A stretch of 64,000 nt of DNA from assembly GCA_013239625.1 (NCBI GenBank), contig MU053652.1, positions 6,439,902 to 6,503,901 on the forward strand. The letters are read 5' to 3'. This DNA is from Lama guanicoe (Eukaryota). The translations under genes and the position numbers were made by a program. How positions within the stretch are numbered: the first letter of the stretch is position 1; every line of letters begins with the position of its first letter. Below are positions 43,210 to 54,961 of the stretch, in pieces. The notes under the pieces were generated by a model. It was not told the origin of the DNA. It searched no databases and saw nothing but the letters and a program-made list of their open reading frames with translations.

Positions 43210-45518
43210 GAGAGAAGCAAGATGGTGGAGTAGAAGGATGCTTGTAGCTCACCCTCTCCCACAAATACACCAAAACTCACATCTATGGACCTACTCAGGC
43301 AACCAGAGCACCTGCTGAACTCCAAGAGAACATCGCCCTCTTTGAAAGACAAAGACACCAAAAATTTGGTAGGAGAAAAGGAAAAACGGAAGAAGATAAA
43401 GCAAAATAGTCCAGGACCGATCCCATGGGGAGGAGTGGAAAAGGAGGACTAGCGCTCATTCACTGGGTCTGCCCCTCACCAATGGAGAGGCCAATGGGAT
43501 GCAGGGTGAGCCTCCGAGGCTCAGATCTGCCCTGAGCACCCCTTGACTGACAGAACTGAGTTAAACGGGCACAAAGGGTCCCCGCAACACCCAGCCTGAG
43601 ACGTGAGCCAGCAGCTGGGGCCGGGACAGGCTGCCCGAGCCAGGTGGAGGACTGGGGCGGCTGCACTGAGGCAGCCCCGGGGGACTGCAGGGTGCTACAC
43701 GCCATGGCTGGGAGGGGATACAGAGTAGAACAACCTCGGTTCCCTATAAATTGCAAAAAAAGCAAAGCAACACGGCTGCTGTGCCCTTGGGGGAGGGACG
43801 CTGTAGCCTTTGTCTCCTCAGACCCGTGCCACCATTACTGGCGCTTCTCACAAGAAGAGAGGCGGGGCGCAGCCACAGCTGCCATCTCCTCCTGTACAAA
43901 GTGGCCAGGTGGGGGCAGGGCCGAGACCTGAATCTGCACCCCGAGACCTGAATCCGCACCCAGGGGCTCCGCAACCTCCTAGGCAGGACTAAGACTTATT
44001 TACAGCCTGAAGCAGATAGGATCTTTCTGCCCTGGCACCTCAGAGAACTCTCGCTGCCAAGACAAATAAGGAGCTGAGATTTCATATAGAGTAGGGGCGG
44101 GGTGTTCTGTGGTCTTCCCCGAGCCCGCCTTTGTTGCGCTGACACGTGGCAGAGCAGACAGATGCACAGAACAGTGGAGTGACCGGTGCCAGGAGAGGGC
44201 AGGCGACCACCCAACTTCCTGGCAGGAACACAGCACCTGACCACGGTGCTGGGAGGGGGCGTGATCCTGAAAACTTCCCAAGCCTAAAGGAATCAGATAG
44301 CCAAGTACAGGAGGCTCAGAGGGACCCAAACAGGAAGAACCCAAACAGACCCACACCAAGACATATCATAATCAAGATGGCCAGAGTCAAGGATAAAGAA
44401 ATGATCCTAAAGGCAGCAAGAGAAAAACAAAGAGTGAGTTACAAGGGAACCCCCATAAGGCTCTCAGCTGATTTCTCTACACAAACACTACAGGCCAGAA
44501 GGGAGTGGCAAGATATATTCAAAGTCGTGAATGAAAAAAAAACATGCAGCCTAGGATACTCTATCCAGCAAGGCTATCCTTTAGGATAAGGAGAGATAAA
44601 GAACTTCACAGACAAGCAAAAACTACAAGAGTTTAGCAACACTAAACCCATGCTAAAAGAAATACTGACAGGTCTACTCTAAATAAAAAAGAAGCAGGAT
44701 GCTACAAAAATGAGAAACTCATAACTGGAAAGGAGATAACTGCCATGAATTACAAAAAGAATAAACACAAAATTGTAAAAGAAGACATCTAAATCATTAA
44801 GAGTGGGAGAGGGAAGCAAGGAAAGCCACGGTGGGAAACAGTATGGAGATTCCTCAGAAGACTAGGAATAGACTTATCATATAACCCAGGAATCCTGCTC
44901 CTGGGCTTATATCCAGAAGGAACCCTACTTCAAAATGACACCTGCACCCCAGTGTTCATAGCAGCACTATTTACAATAGCCAAGACATGGAGACAGCCTA
45001 AATGTCCATGAACAGATGACTGAATAAAGAAGCTGTGGTATATTCATACAATGGAACACTACTCAGCCACAAAAAACTGACAACATAATGTCATTTGCAG
45101 CAACATGGATGTTCCTGGAGAATGTCATTCTAAGTGAAGTAAGCCAGAAAGAGAAAGACAAATACCATATGAGATCGCGTATATGAGGAATCTAAAAAAA
45201 CAATCAAACAAAAAAAACCAACCATAAATACAAAACAGAAACAGACTCACAGACATAGAATACAAACTTGTGGTTGCCAAGGGGCTGGGGAGATGGGAAG
45301 GGACAGACTGGGATTTTAAAATGCAGAATAGATAAACAAGATTATACTGTATAGCACAGGGAAATATATACAAGATCTTGTGGTAGCTCTTAGCAAAAAA
45401 AAATGTGACAATGAATATATATATATGTTCATGTATAACTGAAAAATTGTGCTCTACACTGGAATTTGACACAACATTGTAAATTGACTATTACTCAATA
45501 CAAAAACGTAAAAAAAAG
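43210..45518 (+). mobile_element. Young L1-derived element with both ends and two internal deletions (5'UTR + ORF1 C-terminal half + ORF2 end + 3'UTR + A tail)
   Basis: TSD aaaaaccttaccttctt (43193-43209) / aaaacccttaccttctt (45519-45535); CpG-rich 5'UTR starting gagagaagcaagatgg; ORF1 motifs PRHIIIKM and GTPIRLSADFS; ORF2 C-terminal ATWMFLENVILSEVSQ; A-rich tail. Confidence 0.92.
44267..44682 (+). pseudogene. L1 ORF1p RRM/CTD fragment, frameshifted at an A run near 44535
   Basis: ENFPSL...PTPRHIIIKMARVKDKEMILKAAREK...QARREWQDIFK, then MQPRILYPARLSF...KPMLKEILTGLL*. Confidence 0.9.
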
Positions 45519-46323
45519 AAAACCCTTACCTTCTTAGAAGATAACTTTTTCAGCAGACGGATGATTAGATCACTGGGTACCAAGCAGTGTGAACTACAGT
45601 TCCAGATGTTTAGAGTTGTTGCCTCGAAAGACATCTGTCCATTATGAACTACTCTGGGACTGATGGGAAGCTGGGCTAAGGAACAGCATCTCCTGCAAGA
45701 AAAAGGAAGGCGCTAGACACTAGGAAAGCAGAATTTGGGTACACATGCTTCCACAGAGAAGTGGGCCCTAGGTTGCAGGTGACTCACTGCTCAGGTTAAC
45801 AGAATATGCTCCATGTGTCATTTCCAGATTATCTGCTTGTCAAGCTACATATAAGAATGTAAAATGTTTGTGATTTTTGTTAAAGTTTGGAAGTAAGAAA
45901 AATAGTTGCTTCTGGTTGATGAGTGCTGTCTTTTCAGAATCCAGTGAAACTGATATGAAATTTGCACTAAAAAGGTTCAAGAAAGATGTCAATTGTGACA
46001 GTATTGTTCGTGATTTTTCCTAAATTCTCTATTGAGTCTGATAGGATAGGAAGACCCCAAATCTCCCTAAGCCTGAAGTGAGGGCATTGTTGGGGAGGGA
46101 GTAAGTTCCTGAGGCACAGAGACTTGTGGAAAGATAGAGTGAGATTACAATTCTGAAATTTTAAATTTTCCTGACACAATTGTTGATGGAAGCAACCTCT
46201 TCTTTTATCTATGAAAAAACAAATCCCTTTAATAATTGCACTTTTGATCACTGTTGCACACCTCCCAAGAGCATGCTGACTCTCTTATGGACCAATCTCT
46301 GCCATCCCCTGTTGCCTCTATGG

Positions 46324-46533
46324 CAGTGGTACTAAACCTGGGCGATTTTTGTCCCCTAGGAGGACATTTACAATGCCTAGAGACATTTTTGGTTGTCACA
46401 ACTGGGAAGGTGGGTGCAACTGTCATCGATGAGTATGGACCAGAGATGCTTCTAAACATCCTACACGAACAATCGCCGGCAAGAAAGAATTATCTGACCA
46501 AAAATCTCGGAGTGCTGAAGTTGAGAAATCCTG
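46324..46533. mobile_element. MER20 (hAT-Charlie), copy 1
   Basis: cagtggtactaaacctgggcgattttt...gagacatttttggttgtcacaactggg...gttgagaaatcctg; 8-bp TSD ctctatgg/ctctagga. Confidence 0.9.
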
Positions 46534-46559
46534 CTCTAGGACCACAGAAAGAGTTTTTA

Positions 46560-47162
46560 TGTATGTTTTTTTATTCTGTGAAACAAATTAGCACCAAAGG
46601 AGGCTTAAAACGGTATCTGCTCATGATCTCACAGCCTCTATAGATTAGACCTGGGTAAGGATTAGCTGGGTTCTCAGTTCTCTGCCCAGGGTTTCACAAG
46701 GCTGAAATCAAGGTGCTGGCTCGGTTGCATTCTCATAAGGATGCACAACTAGGGAAGGTGTTGCCCCCCCAGCTCCCTTAGGTTGTTTGTTGTTGGCAGA
46801 ATTCATTTCATGGTGGCTGTAGAATCCATGGCCAAAATGGAGAGAGAGAATGACTCCTCTTCGAGTCTAGCTTTAAGGAAGGCCTGTGCTCTCTTGTAAC
46901 GGGTTCACTCAGGTAGGACAGGACAAACCAGGATAATCTCTCATCGGGTATTGGAAGTCAATAAACGATTTGGGACCTTAATTACATCTGTAATACCCCT
47001 CTTCTTTTGCCATAAAGCATGAGATAACCATGAGAGCAGTATCCTATCACCTTTGCCATATTAAATTGGTTGGAATCAAGTTATAAATCCTACCACCATT
47101 CAAAGGGAGGGAATTACTTAAGGGCACGGCTCATTAAAGGTCACCTTTGACTGTGCTCATCA
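46560..47162 (-). mobile_element. MLT1 (MaLR) LTR; further copies at 48248-48850 and 50355-50957
   Basis: aacaaattagcaccaa...gcttaaaac...cacaaggctgaaatcaaggtg...ttggcagaattcatttc...gggaccttaattacatctg. Confidence 0.8.
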
Positions 47163-47249
47163 GACTTCCTACTATAACCCGGAGTGAAAAAGAGCCCACC
47201 TTCAAGAGGAGACAGTGTCATTCTGTACGCGACTTGTGGTTACTTCAGA

Positions 47250-47849
47250 GTGAACAGGGGAAACAGACATCAACTGACAGATTCCTTGCATTGTTTCCTG
47301 GCTTGTGAAGTCAAAGTCATTATGGCAGAAAGGGGACAGTAAAAGTTCTGGAAGTGCCACCAACCCATATAAAAACTGCAAATCAGAAACAACATAGCTT
47401 CACTAGGACAAATACAGAGTACACTGCCATCGAATATCTGAAAGATGCAAGGATGGTGAATCCTCACATCCCCATTTGTATCACCTGCTTGGCCTGTACA
47501 AAGTCCAATGTACTTGGGAAGTTGATAGCAGGTTTCCATAAACCTACTGAGATGGTAATGCCAACTACAGGTGCCATACTGGATGCAACATTGGATGGCA
47601 AAAATACTCATAACTCTGGCACCTGGTACGCAGCTACAGGCCTGCCAAATGCTGTCGGTTACATTCCCATATATAGTTTGCATTTACGTAGCAAGGACAA
47701 TAGTACACCTTTATTGCCTTGCTTTCTTTCTGTTATAATATTATTTAGAGGACTTTTAGTCATTTTGATACCCCTCATAATATCTCATTGATCCATTATA
47801 CTGAAAATATTATGTTAGTTGGCTCCAGTAAGCAGTAAGAATACTAAAA
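47250..47849 (+). pseudogene. ERVL protease end / RT remnant, copy 1
   Basis: NSGTWYAATGLPNA resembles ERVL SPGTWYAAIDLANA; FT*QGQ*YTF resembles FSWQGQQYTF; HYTENIMLVGS resembles HYIDDIMLIGS. Confidence 0.85.
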
Positions 47850-48011
47850 AAAATTTTCCTGACACAAATGTTGATGGAAGCAACCTCTTCTTTTATCTAT
47901 GAAAAAACAAATCCCTTTAATAATTGCACTTTTGATCACTGTTGCACACCTCCCAAGAGTATGCTGACTCTCTTATGGACCAATCTCTGCCATCCCCTGT
48001 TACCTCTATGG

Positions 48012-48221
48012 CAGTGGTACTAAACCTGGGTGATTTTTGTCCCCTAGGAGGACATTTACAATGCCTAGAGACATTTTTGGTTGTCACAACTGGGAAGGTG
48101 GGTGCAACTGTCATCGATGAGTATGGACCAGAGATGCTTCTAAACATCCTACACGAACAATCCCTGGCAAGAAAGAATTATCTGACCAAAAATCAGGGAG
48201 TGCTGAAGTTGAGAAATCCTG
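48012..48221. mobile_element. MER20, copy 2
   Basis: Copy 1 shifted by +1688. Confidence 0.9.
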
Positions 48222-48937
48222 CTCTAGGACCACAGAAAGAGTTTTTATGTATGTTTTTTTATTCTGTGAAACAAATTAGCACCAAAGGAGGCTTAAAACG
48301 GTATCTGCTCATGATCTCACAGCCTCTATAGATTAGACCTGGGTAAGGATTAGCTGGGTTCTCAGTTCTCTGCCCAGGGTTTCACAAGGCTGAAATCAAG
48401 GTGCTGGCTCAGTTGCATTCTCATAAGGATGCACAACTAGGGAAGGTGTTGCCCCCCCAGCTCCCTTAGGTTGTTTGTTGTTGGCAGAATTCATTTCATG
48501 GTGGCTGTAGAATCCATGGCCAAAATGGAGAGAGAGAATGACTCCTCTTCGAGTCTAGCTTTAAGGAAGGCCTGTGCTCTCTTGTAACGGGTTCACTCAG
48601 GTAGGACAGGACAAACCAGGATAATCTCTCATCGGGTATTGGAAGTCAATAAACGATTTGGGACCTTAATTACATCTGTAATACCCCTCTTCTTTTGCCA
48701 TAAAGCATGAGATAACCATGAGAGCAGTATCCTATCACCTTTGCCATATTAAATTGGTTGGAATCAAGTTATAAATCCTACCACCATTCAAAGGGAGGGA
48801 ATTACTTAAGGGCACGGCTCATTAAAGGTCACCTTTGACTGTGCTCATCAGACTTCCTACTATAACCCGGAGTGAAAAAGAGCCCACCTTCAAGAGGAGA
48901 CAGTGTCATTCTGTACGCGACTTGTGGTTACTTCAGA

Positions 48938-50088
48938 GTGAACAGGGGAAACAGACATCAACTGACAGATTCCTTGCATTGTTTCCTGGCTTGTGAAGTC
49001 AAAGTCATTATGGCAGAAAGGGGACAGTAAAAGTTCTGGAAGTGCCACCAACCCATATAAAAACTGCAAATCAGAAACAACATAGCTTCACTAGGACAAA
49101 TACAGAGTACACTGCCATCGAATATCTGAAAGATGCAAGGATGGTGAATCCTCACATCCCCATTTGTATCACCTGCTTGGCCTGTACAAAGTCCAATGTA
49201 CTTGGGAAGTTGATAGCAGGTTTCCATAAACCTACTGAGATGGTAATGCCAACTACAGGTGCCATACTGGATGCAACATTGGATGGCAAAAATACTCATA
49301 ACTCTGGCACCTGGTACGCAGCTACAGGCCTGCCAAATGCTGTCGGTTACATTCCCATATATAGTTTGCATTTACGTAGCAAGGACAATAGTACACCTTT
49401 ATTGCCTTGCTTTCTTTCTGTTATAATATTATTTAGAGGACTTTTAGTCATTTTGATACCCCTCATAATATCTCATTGATCCATTATACTGAAAATATTA
49501 TGTTAGTTGGCTCCAGTAAGCAGTAAGAATACTAAAACTCTTACTGTTAGATATGCTTCCAAGAGTGTGGTAGATAAACTCAACAATTTAAAGATCTACT
49601 TTATTGGTGAAGTTTCTAGGGATCCAATGGTATGGAGCATTTGGGGATATTCCTATTAAAATAAGAGAAAGCCTGCTTTGCTTCATACCACCCATCAAAA
49701 GCAGGAGGCACAGTGCACAGTGAACCCACTCAAATTTTAGAAGTGATATAATTATACTTGATTGCTCTGCTCTGCACATCTTATAGATAACCCGTGTGGG
49801 AGGACAATCACGACTGAGACCTGGAGCACAGATTTCTGTAGCAGGTCCTGGCTGTAGCACAAGACACCCTATCACTCGAATCATATGACTCCATTGGTCC
49901 AAATATATTGGAAGTTATTCTGTAGGATAATCTGGAAAACCCCAAAGAATCAGACAACAGACTCCTAGAGTTACTACCTCACTGCTTCTATCTCAACCAT
50001 GGCCAGTTAACACAGGAGAAGGAAGCGACGGCACAGTATATGGGCAAGCCTTCATGGTATTCTGGCCCAGGCTAAGGCTGATGGCTTT
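48938..50088 (+). pseudogene. ERVL RT remnant, copy 2, extending into the connection region
   Basis: As copy 1, plus VKFLGIQWYG (gtgaagtttctagggatccaatggtatgga). Confidence 0.85.
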
Positions 50089-50118
50089 AATCTCTGCCAT
50101 CCCCTGTTGCCTCTATGG

Positions 50119-50328
50119 CAGTGGTACTAAACCTGGGCGATTTTTGTCCCCTAGGAGGACATTTACAATGCCTAGAGACATTTTTGGTTGTCACAACTGG
50201 GAAGGTGGGTGCAACTGTCATCGATGAGTACAGACCAGAGATGCTTCTAAACATCCTACACGAACAATCCCTGGCAAGAAAGAATTATCTGACCAAAAAT
50301 CAGGGAGTGCTGAAGTTGAGAAATCCTG
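50119..50328. mobile_element. MER20, copy 3
   Basis: Copy 2 shifted by +2107. Confidence 0.9.
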
Positions 50329-51044
50329 CTCTAGGACCACAGAAAGAGTTTTTATGTATGTTTTTTTATTCTGTGAAACAAATTAGCACCAAAGGAGGCT
50401 TAAAACGGTATCTGCTCATGATCTCACAGCCTCTATAGATTAGACCTGGGTAAGGATTAGCTGGGTTCTCAGTTCTCTGCCCAGGGTTTCACAAGGCTGA
50501 AATCAAGGTGCTGGCTCGGTTGCATTCTCATAAGGATGCACAACTAGGGAAGGTGTTGCCCCCCCAGCTCCCTTAGGTTGTTTGTTGTTGGCAGAATTCA
50601 TTTCATGGTGGCTGTAGAATCCATGGCCAAAATGGAGAGAGAGAATGACTCCTCTTCGAGTCTAGCTTTAAGGAAGGCCTGTGCTCTCTTGTAACGGGTT
50701 CACTCAGGTAGGACAGGACAAACCAGGATAATCTCTCATCGGGTATTGGAAGTCAATAAACGATTTGGGACCTTAATTACATCTGTAATACCCCTCTTCT
50801 TTTGCCATAAAGCATGAGATAACCATGAGAGCAGTATCCTATCACCTTTGCCATATTAAATTGGTTGGAATCAAGTTATAAATCCTACCACCATTCAAAG
50901 GGAGGGAATTACTTAAGGGCACGGCTCATTAAAGGTCACCTTTGACTGTGCTCATCAGACTTCCTACTATAACCCGGAGTGAAAAAGAGCCCACCTTCAA
51001 GAGGAGACAGTGTCATTCTGTACGCGACTTGTGGTTACTTCAGA

Positions 51045-52690
51045 GTGAACAGGGGAAACAGACATCAACTGACAGATTCCTTGCATTGTTTCCTGGCTTG
51101 TGAAGTCAAAGTCATTATGGCAGAAAGGGGACAGTAAAAGTTCTGGAAGTGCCACCAACCCATATAAAAACTGCAAATCAGAAACAACATAGCTTCACTA
51201 GGACAAATACAGAGTACACTGCCATCGAATATCTGAAAGATGCAAGGATGGTGAATCCTCACATCCCCATTTGTATCACCTGCTTGGCCTGTACAAAGTC
51301 CAATGTACTTGGGAAGTTGATAGCAGGTTTCCATAAACCTACTGAGATGGTAATGCCAACTACAGGTGCCATACTGGATGCAACATTGGATGGCAAAAAT
51401 ACTCATAACTCTGGCACCTGGTACGCAGCTACAGGCCTGCCAAATGCTGTCGGTTACATTCCCATATATAGTTTGCATTTACGTAGCAAGGACAATAGTA
51501 CACCTTTATTGCCTTGCTTTCTTTCTGTTATAATATTATTTAGAGGACTTTTAGTCATTTTGATACCCCTCATAATATCTCATTGATCCATTATACTGAA
51601 AATATTATGTTAGTTGGCTCCAGTAAGCAGTAAGAATACTAAAACTCTTACTGTTAGATATGCTTCCAAGAGTGTGGTAGATAAACTCAACAATTTAAAG
51701 ATCTACTTTATTGGTGAAGTTTCTAGGGATCCAATGGTATGGAGCATTTGGGGATATTCCTATTAAAATAAGAGAAAGCCTGCTTTGCTTCATACCACCC
51801 ATCAAAAGCAGGAGGCACAGTGCACAGTGAACCCACTCAAATTTTAGAAGTGATATAATTATACTTGATTGCTCTGCTCTGCACATCTTATAGATAACCC
51901 GTGTGGGAGGACAATCACGACTGAGACCTGGAGCACAGATTTCTGTAGCAGGTCCTGGCTGTAGCACAAGACACCCTATCACTCGAATCATATGACTCCA
52001 ACGGTCCAAATATATTGGAAGTTATTCTGTAGGAGAATCTGGAAAACCCCAAAGAATCAGACAACAGACTCCTAGAGTTACTACCTCACTGCTTCTATCT
52101 CAACCATGGCCAGTTAACACAGGAGAAGGAAGCAACGGCACAGTATATGGGTAAGCCTTCATGGTATTCTGACCCAGGCTAAGGTTGATGGCTTTCTCAC
52201 TACCATCTCACTTAGCAGTGATCTTATCCAACACTCTGTTGGCACAATTCTGGTGGTAAATCTGTTTGGTCATCTAATGTGAAAGAAGAGACAGGTTGAG
52301 TACCCAACCTGCCAATAGCAGAGGCAAATGCTGATCCCTATTCTCTGGGGAAGCCAATGGGCTTCCCAGTGGTAAGTTCACCATGTTTGACACCTCCTCT
52401 CACAGAGACATGGCACTCCATAGTTACCAAAAACATGTATATTTTACAAGTATGGATTTGTCTCCTCCTTCTCTAGTGGCTATGTACATACTATTATTTT
52501 TTTCACTTACTGAATGCCTTTTACATAGCCATTGCATCGCTTATAATACTGCCTTCCACCAGAGGACATACTTTTTTATAGAAGAAAATTCTATGTGTGG
52601 CTAATGCTGTCGATGTCAGTTTTGGAGTATAATATGTTTTCTATCACCCTGAGATGTCATATCTTGATGGTAATCTGTGGATCTTCTGTG
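51045..52690 (+). pseudogene. ERVL pol remnant, copy 3, continuing into integrase
   Basis: As copy 2, plus EYPTCQ*QRQML (about 52298) resembling ECPICQQQRPTL, and AFHQRTYF (about 52551) resembling ASDQGTHF. Confidence 0.8.
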
Positions 52691-52747
52691 ACTAAGACAC
52701 AAATGCTTCATTACACAAAGGACAGAGTGACTGCTGAAGGGCAAAAG

Positions 52748-53312
52748 GGTAGATTTTTGCAATTATCTTCCATTTATCCCTCAGAACCACTCTCCACTTT
52801 TATCCATCCTGTCTTGGGAAACTGACTTGTAAGGGGCTATGTGAAAGGGCCCCCATGTTGTTTGGTTTCAGTTTTGATTTAGTCAATATGAGCCCCACGG
52901 AGAGATCAGAGGGAAGTGATCCTGGGATGCATACCATCTTGACATTTTCTCTTTTGCTGTCCTCAGGTCTGGCTGTATCGTTTCACTGAAGGTCATAGTT
53001 TTTCTCAAGTTGGGTCTCCGTATTTGATTCTGATGGCTTTAAGTAGCTGCTCCCTGCCTTCATCCATCTGAGCTTCGGAGTGTTAATAGCACCACTCTAT
53101 CTTTCTAGATTCTATTCATCACTCTGCATACTCCTCCATTTATGTTTAAGTGTGGTAACTGTCTATCATTACTAGTCCATTACTAGATACTGCAGTATCG
53201 TTTGTGGTGCTGTTTGTGCCCAAACTGTTGTGGATAATCCCTTGCTAATTATTATCAAATTGTCTTAATTTGAGTCTGGTATCTATTTACTATGGTGGTC
53301 CTCACTTAAACA
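52748..53312 (+). mobile_element. LTR33-like LTR, probable 3' LTR of the ERVL remnant
   Basis: ccctcagaaccactctccactttatccatcctgt...ggctgtatcgtttcactgaaggtcatag; same family as 26600-27095. Confidence 0.6.
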
Positions 53313-53957
53313 AGGGCAGAGGCCAGAACACAACTGAAAGAGGAATAGAGACAATATGTTAGAGCTCATTCTGATATTCTTCTTCAAGAAAGAGCTGGAA
53401 TCCAGGAAACTATTGATTTAATTTTGCAGATAGAGACACAGTAGCAAACAGACTCCATTAATATTTTTTGTAGATCAAATAGAAATAAATTTGACAGTTT
53501 CAAGAGAAAAAAAATAGAGATAAATTCAACATGAAGTACTCAACTATTGAGTGAATGTCAAGGTCACATAATACTAAGTAGGAGGAAGGACAGATATTAC
53601 CAGAACAGGAGAGGCAGACATTACCTGAACCTTAAAGGAGTATGGGAGAGAGAGGAGAGGGGATGGAAGGAGAGGAGGGAAGGGAAGGAAAGGAGAAAGC
53701 AAAAAACCTACCAGAGAGATATGCTACTTACATCCTGGCATACTCAAGACTCCAGACAAACACATTCTCTTGAAAGCTTTATGTCACAATGATATGTCCT
53801 TCCTTGGACTCTAGGGACACAGGCTTGATGCACATTTTAAGAAGCTTCATTTTTTTTTATAAGGAAGTTTCATTTCTTTAATCTACTAACGGAGCTACCT
53901 CGTTTGGAATAAATTTAGTGACAAAGGGAATCCTTCCTATGGACAGAGGCTTTAATG

Positions 53958-54036
53958 GTCTTAGCAACTCCTCCTCTGAAAGAGGCAGGGGCTATGACGT
54001 CTGTGGGGCAGGATTTAAGATGCTTGCTTATAAAAA
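53958..54036 (+). promoter_or_regulatory. Candidate core promoter: RFX X-box-like site, CRE-like site, TATA box
   Basis: gtcttagcaac (about 53958-53968), TGACGTCT (53995-54002), TATAAAAA (54029-54036). Confidence 0.4.
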
Positions 54037-54813
54037 CACTGGAGGCTCAAAGAAGAAATTGGAAATTAGAGGCTTCTAAAATTTTTATTCTCTTATAAGA
54101 TGCTGTAACTTGAACTGCCATAATTATAAATGAGTAAGTTCTGAAAGAGACTAAAAATCTTAAATGACACACTCTGAAAATATAGACCATAGGAAAGACA
54201 GTTTTTACCCCATCCCTAAATCCACACTAGATATGGTAAAACATAGTTAAAACATTAAACTTCTTGACTTTTCCTAATTGTGTTCGTGTGCACAGATCAC
54301 AGACTATAGATTGGGTAAATACATATTCTGGTTTACCTAGGAGAGGTCTGCTTTATCTTTGTCAGAATCCTGCCTATTTAGCATTTGTTCCCTCTAGTTC
54401 ATCCTTTCTCAAAATTGGTTCAGTTTGTGAGAAAAGCTACATGGGCGCTCTAATCATATAAAACTAGTATGGAATGATTGAAACTCAGGCAAGGTCGAAC
54501 CAAGTTTTCTCTTTCTTAGTTACATTTCTTTTTGTGGACAGAACTAAGACTCTGGTAGGATCTTTGGCAATGCTAAAGCTTAGGGCTGGAACTATAAATT
54601 TGTTTGCAATAATGACATATTAGAAATAAAAAAATCTCTTTTTTTCTCCAGATGTCATGAGTGTGGGGCCCATACTTAGGCTCCAACAGAAATCTGACTT
54701 TTTGTTTTCAGGGTTAGATTTTGCTTCTTCTATTGAGAGAGATATTCCTTATTTTACGGGAAAAAAATACAAACTCATAGTTTCCATTCCTATGAAGGCT
54801 TCAGATAGCATGA

Positions 54814-54848
54814 ATGTATGTATGTATGTATGTATGTATGTATGTATC
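54814..54848 (+). repeat. (TATG)n microsatellite
   Basis: About 8 TATG units. Confidence 0.95.
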
Positions 54849-54961
54849 TACCTACCTATCATCTCTTTTCTTGATATCCTCAGCAGCAGCCTTTGTTTTC
54901 GGGTTCATATGTGAAGAGCTTTTTCTCTTTACGGGTCTGGCTCTACTTACGGAAAGCCCAT

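Larger units (their letters stand above)
46163..52195 (+). repeat. Nested tandem triplication XY-XYZ-YZ (periods 1688 and 2107 bp)
   Basis: 46163-47850 repeats at +1688; 47982-50088 repeats at +2107; ORF track shows identical 137-aa and 145-aa ORFs three times. Confidence 0.97.

Noticed and set aside
46254..50438. Repeated 129/107-aa ORFs as a gene family
   Set aside because: They are translations of MER20 and MLT1 sequence repeated by the duplication
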